Shown in pieces: positions 39,716 to 52,700 of a DNA stretch of 64,000 nucleotides. Location of the stretch: IMG/VR virus record IMGVR_UViG_3300027746_000016, positions 30,966 to 94,965 of that record. One strand, written 5' to 3'. This stretch comes from a virus. Each line of letters starts with the position of its first letter. Within the stretch, counting starts at the first letter, position 1. Below the pieces are notes generated by a model, which did no database searches, had not been told where the DNA came from, and was given only the letters and a program-made list of their open reading frames with translations. A program made the translations under genes and the position numbers.

Positions 39716-40882
39716 ATGGCATTTACCGAAACAACCCTAAACACATCTTCATTATTGGAGACAACTTTTATCTCAGATATGAGATTAATAGTTAATGCAA
39801 ATAATATAATTGTTAAATCCAAAGTAGAAGATATTATTAATACTCTTCAAATTGATTTAGTAAATAAATATATTGGTGTTGATATTCCAATTCAACAATT
39901 ATATACCAATGATGCAGTTATTTCAAATCAATTATTATTTAAAAGCGGTACTTCTGGTACTTCTGGTACAATTGCAAGTTTAACTCAGACGGCTGGAACC
40001 TCAGCATTCTTAGCGGATAATATAAACTTTACCAAAACCTTAACCTCATTAGCGGCTGGTTCTAAAGTATTAACACCATCAGTTGTTATTGGAACGACTG
40101 TAGGAAACGCAGCAGTTAGCTTTCCAACATCTGGCGGATCTGGTATTGTAGATAGAGGTTTACACGTAGGCGATGCAACTACACCGATTAGTGCAAATTT
40201 TTATGGAGAAGTTAATATTAAAAAACAGGCAGCGGTTCAAAGTTATAATACTGACTTTGATACAGTAGGTACCGTTAGACTGCTCGAGTTAACATCAGCC
40301 ATTACAACTCCAACTTCTAGTAGTGCACTATACGCAAATTTAACACTTTCAAAAACAGATCCTCAGTTTATATATATTAATTTAAAAACTCCGGCTGCAT
40401 TTACCCTAGCTGCAACCAATCCAATTTATTTACTATTACATGAAGATTTTACATCAACTACAAGTAGACCAGTTGCAGGTCAAACCTTTACTATTATTTT
40501 AAATAACTTACTTAATAATAGTAATGTTGAAATAAGCACATCAACTTGGCCTCAAGCCCAAGTTGCATCAGGTACCGCTGCAGCTATTAATATTATATCA
40601 GGTTTTACACAAACTGCCAGCGCAGGAGCTTCAGCCTTAAAATCTGGTTATATAAATGGTGCACTATGGCCATCTCTTCCAACCACAGTGACCGGTGCAA
40701 TTACTGCACTAACTGCTACATCACCATATCTACAATACGTTCGGCTTTATAATAGGAATGTTCAAGCCGCGGCTATACCTAAACCTAGAGCAACAAGTGT
40801 AAGTTTTACAAAAACTGAACACTCAACTAATTTTTCATATTACACAGTTACAAATAGTAATAATATTGCTATTATAAACTAA
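39716..40882 (+). CDS. Putative virion fibre/structural protein
   Basis: Thr/Ser/Ala-rich, beta-rich; late cluster. Confidence 0.55.
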   Translation: MAFTETTLNTSSLLETTFISDMRLIVNANNIIVKSKVEDIINTLQIDLVNKYIGVDIPIQQLYTNDAVISNQLLFKSGTSGTSGTIASLTQTAGTSAFLADNINFTKTLTSLAAGSKVLTPSVVIGTTVGNAAVSFPTSGGSGIVDRGLHVGDATTPISANFYGEVNIKKQAAVQSYNTDFDTVGTVRLLELTSAITTPTSSSALYANLTLSKTDPQFIYINLKTPAAFTLAATNPIYLLLHEDFTSTTSRPVAGQTFTIILNNLLNNSNVEISTSTWPQAQVASGTAAAINIISGFTQTASAGASALKSGYINGALWPSLPTTVTGAITALTATSPYLQYVRLYNRNVQAAAIPKPRATSVSFTKTEHSTNFSYYTVTNSNNIAIIN

Positions 40883-40902
40883 TAAAACTAATCTAACTAT
40901 AA

Positions 40903-43119
40903 ATGGCAGTTGCTCCACTAATAAAACCAATTCAGACACAAAAAGGAATGTTTTATACATTTCAAAGTTCGCTTGAGGATTTAACCTTAACTTTTAATAA
41001 TACTAATAAGTTTAAATTTTCTAAATTTGCACTTTTACGTATTCCTGAAATTGGAATACCTACCACATTGGCTACTGATAATAATGTTCAGTTTTTAGCT
41101 CTTGGCGAGTCTCCATTATTAGAAGGATTAAGTGCAAATCAAAATATAAATTTAGCCCTTAGTTTTCAAAATTATGCTCTTAACTTTGAGAGTTTATTAA
41201 TTTCACAAGCTGCATATAAAAGAGAAGAGAAGTTAAACGTATCGGAAAGAGTTTTTTTTAAATGGTTAAAGGAGTTAGGCGCAATTAGATGGAGAGACGC
41301 TGCTGTTGGCGAAGCAATTTCAGGGTTGCGTTCAGGGTTGTCAGCTAGCGAAGCCCGGTGGGCTGAGGATTGGGGAGATGCTGGTAGCACAACCTATAAC
41401 CGAGTAGTTAAATATATTGCAGATATTGATGTAATTAATTCAGTTCGTAATAAAGATAATTCATATAGTGAAATTTATATTCATGTACCAACAACAGTAG
41501 GTACTACTCCAACTATTTTATTTAATTCAATCGCGGATCATAACTATCATCCGGATATGCTTATTATGAATTCTCCCGGTGATCCATTAGATGTAGAATA
41601 TTTAAATGGCCGACACTATAACGATACTCATCCATATTCTGGAATGCATTTACGCGCATATTATGATCTAGATTCAGATTTAGTTAATCATGGAATATCT
41701 GACGTAGTTAATACCAATATTGCGTGGAATACCGAAATTCCTGACTGGTTAGATTCTGCTAATAATTATATTTTAAATACTAACCCTACTGGAATAGGTT
41801 ATTGGTGGGGATCAAACCAATTATTAAATGGTTATCATACAGATAAGGCTGCATATTATGGTGCCAAAATAGGAAAAGGAACATACAATGGGGTATCCGC
41901 ATCATCACAATTTAAAACTCAAAAAATTTATAAGGAATATCCCTCTACTAACCTAGATGTTGAATATTTAAGATCAACCCTAGATGGAGTAGTTATTGAT
42001 TTTAAATTATCAAATTATCAAGTAGCCGCGGCTAATCCAGATATTAAAAGTTTTGCTCAATTAGCAGACTCAGTTTCAAATGCAGATTTTGAATTTAATG
42101 CAATTCTTGTTTATTATGATGTATACGATCCTATTGATCCATCAATTAGTGAAACTAACTTATATGGTGTCTATTTTTTAAACAAGATAGAACAAACTGG
42201 TATTAATTTTATTATTCCAACAATAACTAAAGAAAAGCCAAATGTAATTAACCGAACTAACGGTAATGCTTTTGCCTATAAAATAAATCTTAAATTTGAT
42301 ACATCAATTGAAGATGTTGCAGTTGAAAGATCGATAAATGACTTTACCACATTTGGATTAGATATGTTTCTTGATGTATTAACTGAATTTAGTAAATTAA
42401 AAACTAAATTTAATGATAAATTAGTAGAACTTTCTAATTTAAAAATTGATTTAGAAGCAGCTACTGCTGCTATATTAAATACAAATGGATTAACTGAATT
42501 AAGCACTAGACTAAGCAGATTAGAACAAACAGTGTCTGCCTCAACCTCTGCTTTTGAAAACTCATCATCAATTACTAATTTAATTACAAGTCTAAATCTT
42601 AGATTAAATAATTTTATTACTGGCAAAAGCTCTTTATCTACCAGTTATGATCTAGAACCATTTAAACCAGGTCAAGGTATTGAATTGGATAAAACAGTTC
42701 CACAGCGATTAACAATTTCGTCAACTGTACAAGCCTATTCAAAAATAGTTGACATTAATTTAGCATCAAGCACTTCAAATATATTTACTGAATCATTAGG
42801 TACCTCAAATACCTATATAAAACATAGTAGTGGATTAGTATTTAGCCTATCTTCAGATTTTGAGATTAGAATAAATAATTCACTAAATTTTTGGAAAAAT
42901 GGTCAAGTTTTAAAAATTGTATTTGATTCTCAAATAATACCAACTAACTATAATATTAAAATAAAAACAGATGTTAAGAGTAATTACGGTGTAACCATTG
43001 CTACATTAACCGCATCTGATTTTCCAATATCATATGGTAGAACTGGAAGACCTATTGTTGAGATTACGTGTATTAATTCACAAAACTTAACATTTCAAGT
43101 TGATAAAATAATAAGATAA
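40903..43119 (+). CDS. Putative virion structural protein (baseplate-associated)
   Basis: 738 aa in the late cluster; FEFNAILVYYD..NLYGVYFL motif and a coiled coil. Confidence 0.55.
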   Translation: MAVAPLIKPIQTQKGMFYTFQSSLEDLTLTFNNTNKFKFSKFALLRIPEIGIPTTLATDNNVQFLALGESPLLEGLSANQNINLALSFQNYALNFESLLISQAAYKREEKLNVSERVFFKWLKELGAIRWRDAAVGEAISGLRSGLSASEARWAEDWGDAGSTTYNRVVKYIADIDVINSVRNKDNSYSEIYIHVPTTVGTTPTILFNSIADHNYHPDMLIMNSPGDPLDVEYLNGRHYNDTHPYSGMHLRAYYDLDSDLVNHGISDVVNTNIAWNTEIPDWLDSANNYILNTNPTGIGYWWGSNQLLNGYHTDKAAYYGAKIGKGTYNGVSASSQFKTQKIYKEYPSTNLDVEYLRSTLDGVVIDFKLSNYQVAAANPDIKSFAQLADSVSNADFEFNAILVYYDVYDPIDPSISETNLYGVYFLNKIEQTGINFIIPTITKEKPNVINRTNGNAFAYKINLKFDTSIEDVAVERSINDFTTFGLDMFLDVLTEFSKLKTKFNDKLVELSNLKIDLEAATAAILNTNGLTELSTRLSRLEQTVSASTSAFENSSSITNLITSLNLRLNNFITGKSSLSTSYDLEPFKPGQGIELDKTVPQRLTISSTVQAYSKIVDINLASSTSNIFTESLGTSNTYIKHSSGLVFSLSSDFEIRINNSLNFWKNGQVLKIVFDSQIIPTNYNIKIKTDVKSNYGVTIATLTASDFPISYGRTGRPIVEITCINSQNLTFQVDKIIR

Positions 43120-43124
43120 TTTAA

Positions 43125-46100
43125 ATGGCTGATAACACAACCCTATCCGACTTTTTAGCTGAACTCGGAGTTGATATTAATAATATGCAAGAGTTTTTAA
43201 TTAAACTCAATGAAATGTTAACAACACCGAATCCTACTGTAACATTTACTCAAACATTAGCAAACGGAACAACCAGTGCACCTATTCAGGTTGCATCCCA
43301 TGCAGGCTTAATAAGAAAAGTAAATGATATTGATAGTAAATTTAATTCTCTACTAGGTGCAAATGGTAATAGAATCACAGTTACCTCTAATGGAGTAACT
43401 AAAAGTTTTGAACTACAAGACATAGCCTCTGTTATAAAAGATTTAAATGCAGTTTCATCAAAGTCTCTTGTAAAGCCAGAATATTTTAATGTAAAAACAA
43501 ATTGGTTTTTTGAATCATTTTTAAGTCCATTAATTTATATTGACTTAGATGTTAGTAATATTATAACATCTGATGTTGATAAATTTGAAATAACTCGAGT
43601 TATTATACTAAATACATTAGATAATTTTGCTTATTTTGATACTGTATATAAAGGTCAAACTAATATACTATATACTACTGCACTTGCTGATTTAACAGCC
43701 AATTCAATTGGATACACAATTGATGTAAACGAACAAAGTCTACCGCCAGCTCGTAGTAGAAACTCTGGGAATTTTCAAATTATTGGAATAAACACAGCTC
43801 GTGTTTCTACAACTGACATCATTGCATCTTCTATTATTACAACAAATAGTTATACATTAGATACTATTCGATATTCTAAATATATAGATGGCTTAGATAA
43901 CCCTATGCAAGAAACCTTAGCTATTAATGATATATTAATAACTAGCGATAATTCGGAATATAAAATTAACTCAATAAATCCTACCACAAATTCAGTAATA
44001 TTAACTAAAATATATGGCAATCAGGCAATTACAACTGAAGGTGTTGGCTCAACTCTTTCAATAAAACCTGATCTTTTAATTAGTAATAACCTTCAAGTAA
44101 ATGTTGGATTTAATGAACGTCAAATAATTTTCTTTAGACCAATTAGTACAAGATTAAAACAAACAACTTCACAATATTCTCAAGGAATTGGCCTATACAC
44201 AAATGAATTAACAATAGCCCAAGCCACTGGACCCAATATTACCTTATCTAAATATTACCAAAGCTTTATATCAGATTTTAGTTTATTATTTACTGAATAT
44301 TCAAAAGAAAAGAAAATACCAGCATCAATTGGAGTTACACCAATTGCACCAACACTAGTTAATACTAACTTTGTGGTGGTTCAAGATAATGATCATATTA
44401 AACAGGATGATGACGTTAATAGTGTAAAAGCAAGTATTTCATCACTAGAGACAGTTAAAACACAAATTAGAGAAAAGGATTCTCAAATTAATAGCTTACG
44501 AAATGAAATAAATACAAATTCTCAATTAACGGCTGCGGCTAAAGCCCAAAAAACTTTAGAATTAACAACACTAACTGCGCAAAGAGCTACGTTAAGTACT
44601 CAATATTCAAGTACAATTTCAACAATTACTACTGCAATTTCAACCGTACCGACTCTAATTAAACCTCCAGCTTATTCAGTTAAAGGAATGTGGTCAATTC
44701 CAGCAGCCACCGAATCGCCTGATGGATATGGTTTTCAAGAAATTGTTCAATTTAAAGTTAGATATAAAATATTGAATCGGTCAGGTCAATCTGCTGCTAC
44801 TACTCCAACCCGTGTGGCCAGTACAACTGGATCAAATGCAATTGGCGTAATTTCTGCATATAAAGAATTTCTAACTAAAGCTAGGTCTAAAGAGTATAAT
44901 CCAGTTACTGGTTTTTATCAATGGGCCGTTGAAGATATCGTAAATCCAGATATTGTAAATAGTAATCAATTAGAAATACCAATAGGCAAAGGCGAAATAA
45001 TTGAAATACAGATAAAAAGTTTATCTGAAGCAGGTTGGCCGGATTCTCCAATTGAATCAGCCTGGTCTAATATTATTCAAATTTCATTTCCAGAAAATCT
45101 TACAGTTATTGAAGATGCCAGCGTAGTTTCGCAAAGAATATTTGCAGAGGAAGCTAAAATTAATTTTAAAACGGAATTAGGCGCGCAAGGATTAGACCTA
45201 CACTTAGGTACTGCATTTAGTAGTGCAGATAAGTATTATGCGCATAGAGCAGAAGACATTGCTAGCGGGTTCTTTTCAACAGGCGGAGGAATTATAAATC
45301 TTTTTTCAAAATTACAAACAATATCCAATACACTTGAGTCTATTCAAGCAACGTTAGCTAGCGGAACTGGCACATTGAAGGTAAGTATAATAGACGGAGC
45401 CAATAATCAAATTACTGTAACTAATGGTCAAACTATTGAACTTAATGCAGGTAATTATAAAGATCAAATTCAAAATGGTGGTATCTATGAACACGGCAAA
45501 GTAATCACAAGACAGTATACCATTCAATTAGAAAATACTTCACAAACCGCACTTCAATTGATATCAGCATTGACTGGCGCACTTGGTCAAATTGCAACAC
45601 TATCAAACCCAATAAATTCACCATCTGAACCATACCATACCTCATTAAGATATGATCTTGCTCCTCTTGTAATTAATTCAGCGGTAATTGGAACAATTGG
45701 AGGTTTTACAAACACCAATGGCTATCAGTCTTCTCAAGTAAAAGGCCAAATAATTTATAATAGAGCACAATCAGTAGATCTAAGTAATAATTTAATAGAA
45801 GGTGATAGACTTGCAATAACTGCCCAAGATCCAAATAATATTTCGTATAATACTACTGATACTGGGTACATTAACTATGACTATCGAGGAAACACAATAA
45901 ATGGAACAACTGTTCCATATGCACTAGGCCACTATCTTCCATTTGATCCAACCTTATCTAGCTTCACTATTCAAAAAAATACCACAAGCTATCAATTATC
46001 AACAAATTCAAATGTTTGGAATGGAACACTAGACGTGAGTGGAGCGCCAGTCGGTGGAGGACTATTATCGGAATTTTGTATATCAACCGATCACCCAGAC

Positions 46101-46760
46101 ATTAAATTAAATGGAGCATTCAATAACAATTGGAACCAAATTTATAGACCTACTAGCCTGTCAACTGTAACAAGTCAAAAAACTTTACCGTTTAGCCATG
46201 CAGTTCATTTTGAAACAAGCGAAAATGAAATATTGAATGCATTAGGCGCAAGATATTTTCAACAATCTGCATATAGATTACCAGTAGCACCTTCTATTTC
46301 TGGACAAACTCGAACGTTTAAAGAAATTAACTGCCCTATAAAAACTTCATTTATTGATAATGACAAATATTTAATAGGCAAATATACCTGCGGTGCATAT
46401 CTATTCATTTCACCAGGTTCATATCAAGCAATTGGATCAAATGCAGTTAGCCCAACTATAACAAAGAGGACTGTTGAATTTGGCTCAGCTAATTCTATTC
46501 AAATACCATTAAAATTTCAATATCGAGTTTCTGACTATTTAGCAAATGTTGGTGGAAATAGACCAGAAATAAGCTTAACAAATATTAAATATTCTAAAAA
46601 GTTAGGATTAGATATTTATTTAAAAGATGAAACCTTTTCTTTTGACATTTTAGCAACAGTAAAGTATCAAAGTGAAACTGCATCAGTTACTCCACTTTCT
46701 CAAATTGCACAATCTGGCGCAATTAGTCAAAGTGATTTAGTCGCAGTAGTTGGAGGATAA
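43125..46760 (+). CDS. Putative virion structural protein with central coiled coil
   Basis: 1211 aa; FN3-like segment IEIQIKSLSEAGWP..ESAWS. Confidence 0.55.
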   Translation: MADNTTLSDFLAELGVDINNMQEFLIKLNEMLTTPNPTVTFTQTLANGTTSAPIQVASHAGLIRKVNDIDSKFNSLLGANGNRITVTSNGVTKSFELQDIASVIKDLNAVSSKSLVKPEYFNVKTNWFFESFLSPLIYIDLDVSNIITSDVDKFEITRVIILNTLDNFAYFDTVYKGQTNILYTTALADLTANSIGYTIDVNEQSLPPARSRNSGNFQIIGINTARVSTTDIIASSIITTNSYTLDTIRYSKYIDGLDNPMQETLAINDILITSDNSEYKINSINPTTNSVILTKIYGNQAITTEGVGSTLSIKPDLLISNNLQVNVGFNERQIIFFRPISTRLKQTTSQYSQGIGLYTNELTIAQATGPNITLSKYYQSFISDFSLLFTEYSKEKKIPASIGVTPIAPTLVNTNFVVVQDNDHIKQDDDVNSVKASISSLETVKTQIREKDSQINSLRNEINTNSQLTAAAKAQKTLELTTLTAQRATLSTQYSSTISTITTAISTVPTLIKPPAYSVKGMWSIPAATESPDGYGFQEIVQFKVRYKILNRSGQSAATTPTRVASTTGSNAIGVISAYKEFLTKARSKEYNPVTGFYQWAVEDIVNPDIVNSNQLEIPIGKGEIIEIQIKSLSEAGWPDSPIESAWSNIIQISFPENLTVIEDASVVSQRIFAEEAKINFKTELGAQGLDLHLGTAFSSADKYYAHRAEDIASGFFSTGGGIINLFSKLQTISNTLESIQATLASGTGTLKVSIIDGANNQITVTNGQTIELNAGNYKDQIQNGGIYEHGKVITRQYTIQLENTSQTALQLISALTGALGQIATLSNPINSPSEPYHTSLRYDLAPLVINSAVIGTIGGFTNTNGYQSSQVKGQIIYNRAQSVDLSNNLIEGDRLAITAQDPNNISYNTTDTGYINYDYRGNTINGTTVPYALGHYLPFDPTLSSFTIQKNTTSYQLSTNSNVWNGTLDVSGAPVGGGLLSEFCISTDHPDIKLNGAFNNNWNQIYRPTSLSTVTSQKTLPFSHAVHFETSENEILNALGARYFQQSAYRLPVAPSISGQTRTFKEINCPIKTSFIDNDKYLIGKYTCGAYLFISPGSYQAIGSNAVSPTITKRTVEFGSANSIQIPLKFQYRVSDYLANVGGNRPEISLTNIKYSKKLGLDIYLKDETFSFDILATVKYQSETASVTPLSQIAQSGAISQSDLVAVVGG

Positions 46761-46776
46761 AATAATTAATTAAAGA

Positions 46777-49700
46777 TTGTCTACGAATATTTCATATACT
46801 AAATTAGCGGACCGTAATGTAAGCTTTGGATTAATTAGAACTAACCCTAAATTAACTTCAAACGTTAAACTTACCGTTGACTCAGCTGGTGATCTTTGGT
46901 TAAATTCAATCGATGCAACTAATGAATTGGCTAATCGAAAATACAAAAAGTTTAGAGTAAATCCAAACTCAAATCACCCAGTTAATATATATAAGTTTTA
47001 TGATTATGGAAATACTCCATCAAATATTTCATTTGCACTAGGGTCAACAATTAACACTGATTCGGTTGCAAGCAATTTAAAAGATCAATATGATTTTGAT
47101 TTATATTCTAGTGGTGCAAAGTATTTAACCTCAAGATTATATGATGAAAAATTTAGTTATTTTGCACCATTATATTTAGATAAAGTTTTACCTGAATATT
47201 TTGTTATTTTTAAAATACCTGGAGCATCAAACTATACAGTAGGCGAATGGAAATCTAAACTTGCAGATCCTAATTTCAGTAAATCAGATTTTGCACTTGA
47301 TCTTTTTAAAAATGCAAAAGCGGTTGAGACTATTTTAATAGATGAAACTACTAATATTGGAAAATATATTAGAAGAATTCAACTTGATAAACAGTATAAC
47401 AAAAACCCATTATATATTAATTTTAAAAACGATGCAAATTCAACATATCGAGGTCTTTCAATTACGTCTGGTACATATACTGAAATACCGCTTTTGTTAA
47501 ATTTAAATAGATCAATTCCTCAATTAAGACTTGAAAAAAATATAATTAGTGGTTTTGAAAATAATAATTTAATTTATCCAAGAATATTAAATTTAGAATT
47601 TTTATTTAACGATTTAATATCTCCAGAATATGAAATTAATAGATATTTTGGAATATACTGTAATTCAATTGATCTTGAAGAATTTGATATTGATATTCCA
47701 GCAATGTATAATGCAACTGAGGATAATTTAAATTCGCTAATGACTATCTACAAACAGTCTGATACAATTTCATATAATTTAACTAATCAGAATGGAGTTG
47801 TACTTAGAGGAACTAATGTAGAGTCTGATTTAAGTTATTTAAACTCAGCCCTATCAAATAAAGACCTATTATATTTTCCATATTTAAAAACAAAAGACCG
47901 AGAATTACACTTATTAAATATAAAAGCTCCAAATTATTCAATACCTACCTTTAGCCAAACGGGTCAAACCGTAATATTTTCAGTAGATGATACCTCATTT
48001 GATATAGGCAAAACGTTTGGCGCAGGGGACTTATTTTCTCAAGAACCGGCAGTTAAGTATTCATTAGATACACGAGCAGCAGTTTCAATAACAATTAATA
48101 GCATACCAGCCCACTTAGATGTATTAAGAATATATCATCCAGCTGGTTCAATATTTAATAATAGTGAATCACATAGTAAATACGATGATATTGTATTTGT
48201 AAATAACTATTTTACAAGTGTAGATACTAAATATTCTTTAGAGTATCCAACCATCTCAATTGTTAATTTTAATACATCTGATCCAAATAGTGGATCACCA
48301 ACATTTAGCCCAAATACATCAGAATTAATTGGTACTCAGTATAAATCAAGTATAAATGGATCTAAATGGATATGGAATGGAAATTCATATATACCAGGAG
48401 TATTAGGTTCTAGAATATATGTAAATATTAATAATGCTGAAATTAATTCAGTAGGGTTTACGGATTTAACGCAATTAGCCCAAACCATTGCAACAATTGT
48501 AAACAACTTTACTAATACAACTCTATTAGGTTCAAGTATTACAAACAGTGTTTTTATACAAGTCTCTGAGCCAGGTCATAGTTATCCAGACTTAGCAATT
48601 AAATATATATCACCAACCTCACGCATCTATATAAATGGAAAAAATACTGCAGATATTGTATATGCGGATGGAGGATTTGCAAAGATGAACCAGCCAGTAA
48701 TATCATTTGCTAATATTGAAAATATAAAAGCTGAATTACCTAATATAATTGTTAAAACCGCAACTGACTGGTCTAAAATTAATAGAATATGTAATTCTAC
48801 GTCCATACTTAATTCTAAATTAACTGAGTCAACTCTTTCTAATTATTTAAATACCGCAACGTTAATACTAGAAGATAACGAAGAAGTTCAAATCACCTAT
48901 AATTCAATTGAACTTAGAAAAATTGTAAAACCTAAGTTAGGTATTTTATCAATGTTTGAAATTAAGGATTTTAATTTTGAATATCATTCAACTCAATATT
49001 CTAAAATACCAGAAATTGATTTATATCAATATTATTATATACCTAAAGATATTGCTATTTTAGATTTTACTAAATATGTATATAGAGCAATTGGTTCAGG
49101 TATAATTTTAGTAAACGAAACTCAATATACTATATCCGTAGGTTCAACACAATATATTTCACAAAGCCTATTGGGTTTACATAAATATTCTGTACTTTCT
49201 GGAAATGTAATATTAATTCAAACCAATTTAATTCCTCAAAACCAGGCAGCTCAACGTCTTGATATTGCAATACTAGATCAGGATCAAAACTTTCAAAATT
49301 TTACTGGATTTTTTGGATTTGGAGCAGACCATAGTGCGCCGGACCCAAATTCAACAACCTATCAATATAAAGAAAAATTTAAAACTAACAATTTAATTAG
49401 TGAATATGCTGCATACTTAGAGAATTATTCAACTGAATTTGCAAATGATAGTAAAATTATTCCGTATATTTCAAAATGGGGAATCATTGACTCAACCGAT
49501 GCTAGAGGCAATCCGTACCGATTAAATTCTGATATTTTATTTGGAAAAGATAATTTTGGACCATCACATAGAGAAAAGTCACCAAATGCTGAAAAGCTAA
49601 CACATGAATGGTTTTATATTGAATCTGATTTTAACTATTCAAGTAATATTGACCTACTTAAAGAAAATTATTACTATTTTAATTCTCCATTAGATATTAA

Positions 49701-52700
49701 TTTATTAATTAGTGAGGCTTCTTATTTTGAAAAATATTTTACATACGTTCCAACTCTTGATAATATTGAATTAGATTTTCCACAGTTTAGATATTCTAAA
49801 TTAATGAATAATTCATTTAGCCGTCAATATAATACACTATTTAATGGAATACAATTTAAATTTTCAGAATTAGATAAGGAAGGTTTAGTTTTACCTGGAA
49901 CTACCCGATTTGAAGACTATAATTTTAGTATTTTATTAAAACCTGTACCTGAGGATTTAATAAATCCACAATCTCCAATTAAATATAGGGTTATTGAAAA
50001 TATTAATGCAAAGTCAATATTAATATTGATTGAAGTTGCGCTTGGTGATATTTCAAAAATTAGTAACGAATTATTGTCTATTCCAACTGACTCTGACTTT
50101 GCTAGGGATAATCGAGTTGACCAAAGTAATATATTAACGGGTAATGGTCTCATCACTGAGGATCAAATTAGTAGTTTTCAAATTGACACAATCGTTGATG
50201 TAACTTCACCAGATCCAGTTAAAAAATTATATACCAATAATTACTATTTAGATTTAATAGAGGCATTTACTGGGGCAACGGTTACTGATGCAATAACTGG
50301 AGAGTCGATCGTTAATGATAGAGTTAATGGAGTATATGTACCAAAGGCTGGCGAAACCGCGTTAGTTAAATATACAGACACACATAGCATTATTCTTGCA
50401 TTTTCTGAAAGTAAATTATTTAATGAAATAGAGTCAGGTAATATTACAAACGGCTCAGTCAATAATAAAAATCTTGATCAAAAATTTGACACAAGTAAAA
50501 TATTGCCAGCATACATATCTACTGCAATTAGTCCAGGTATATATGGACCATCTAATTTACCGTTACCTGAACCAAAGTCTGTAATTTATTTAGTTAAAGT
50601 GGTTGACTATCGATCAATTGGATTTCCTCCAACCTTAACTGGATTAAGCAAATTAAACCTAAATATAGTTAAGCCGGCTCTATTATCAATATTTGGAGAT
50701 TATAGAATTTCATTTAATTCAAATGGTGTCTCTAATTTAACCTATGCCTTTTTATATGCAGCCACCGATAAAAAATATAATACAACAGCCTCTGCCTTTT
50801 CAACGGTTAAGCTTGCAGTTGGGGTTGATTTAAGCCCAGGTTCAATGAAGTTAACTGAGAATGGCTATTTTATACCTGGTGCAAATCTTAAAAATCTTCC
50901 CAAAAACTATTTTAAATTAGAGGAATTTATTAATCCAAGTAGTGCAAGTCATTCAACTCTAACTACTCCAACTAATGGAGATATTGCACCGCTACCTGCG
51001 TTTTCTCCATTAATGTTTATTAACTCAATTGGTGAAATTTCAATATTATTAAAAACCAGCGCAGAATTTAATAATAATTTAACAAATACCTCATTAGATA
51101 TTAGTCGATCTGGGGCAACTACCCATGCACTTAAAACTGTAAATAACAATTTATTAATAATCGATTCACCTACTGTTATTTATGATATACTAAGTGAAGT
51201 TATTCCATCTATTACCTCTGGTACTACAACTACTACCACGCTAGCCGGTGGTGTAACTACTACTACCACTACCGTTATTAGTCAATTAAATTTAGCGATT
51301 AACTATGTTGGACAAAGCGTAATAACTAAATCATTTACTCTTCCGTCTAAATTTAAAATTGGAGATATTGTTAAAATATATGCTATTGCTCAACCAACGG
51401 TTCATTATTTAATTGGTGCGGTTACTTCGGTAACTGAGACTGTATCTAATAGTGGAAATTTTTATAAACTTACCGTATCCGTGCGTAGCCAAACCACTGC
51501 AAACACATCACATGTTCCAGATTGGGGTATTACCTGTACACAAAATATTATTGTATTAAAGCCTGCGGTAGTTACCAATGCTTCTACTGGAGTTAACCAG
51601 ATTACATTAAATAAATCAAATTTTCCAAGTGGATCATCCCCTGAGTGGTTATTAAATACTCAACAATTTCAACTATTTGGTGGTAAAAATTACTTCTTAA
51701 ATTTATTTAAGAATCTATCCTTTGCTAATTTTAGTGAATTATTATTAAATAATTCCGATTTAATTTCCTTTGAATCATATATGGATGGAAAACTTTTACC
51801 TGGTAAACAAATACAAATATCAATTGAGCAAGCTGATCAAGTTAATAAAACTACAATTATTTCAACTGGTCCAGAGTTTGTTCAAACTGCAAGTCAACAA
51901 TTAATGGGCGGAGTAATTCATAAAGAATCGGTTTCTATTCCATACGAGATTTTTAGATATTCTGGAGAATATGATATTGTGTATAAACCGGTTTCTGGTT
52001 TTAAATTTAATTCTAAATTAGGCTCAACTGATTTATCTGCAGCCAATGTATTTTTTAATACTGAGATTAAAAATTTCTTTACTATACCTGAATTTTATTT
52101 AGTTAAATATGCTGAATCTAAAATTTTAGATTTTGAAGATTCTGACACTTATTTACCAGTATATCCATTAATTAATGAGTCACCTATTGATAAAACAAGT
52201 TATAATACCCTATCTAGTAGTTGGGATTTTAATTATCATAGGTTATATACTACTAAAACTGACTATACTCTAATACCTGGAAGTAGAAGAATTACCGAAG
52301 ACTATTCGTTTGTTTCAAAGCTTATTAATTTACCAATGAGCCTTACGGCTGAGTCATTTAATGCAGTTCAAGTAACTACTACTAATTTTGAAATAACTGA
52401 TGCTCAGTTTAAACAATTAACGGTAAATGGACAAGCCGTTGATATTATATATGCAACATTCCAAAATGAAATTAGACTTAAAATAAACTTAGAGCTTATA
52501 ATTTCAAAGGCCCTAATTACAAATGGATTAAGGTTCCAGTTTAATAAATTTTTTAGAAAGGATGGAAATAGCATATTAACTACTGATCCTCTAGTCTTTG
52601 GAACTTTAACCCAAGAACAATATCTTTTAAATTATTGTAAAGATAATTTATCTAAATTATATACTCTAGACCTTGCTGAATTTTATATAAAAGGAATCAA

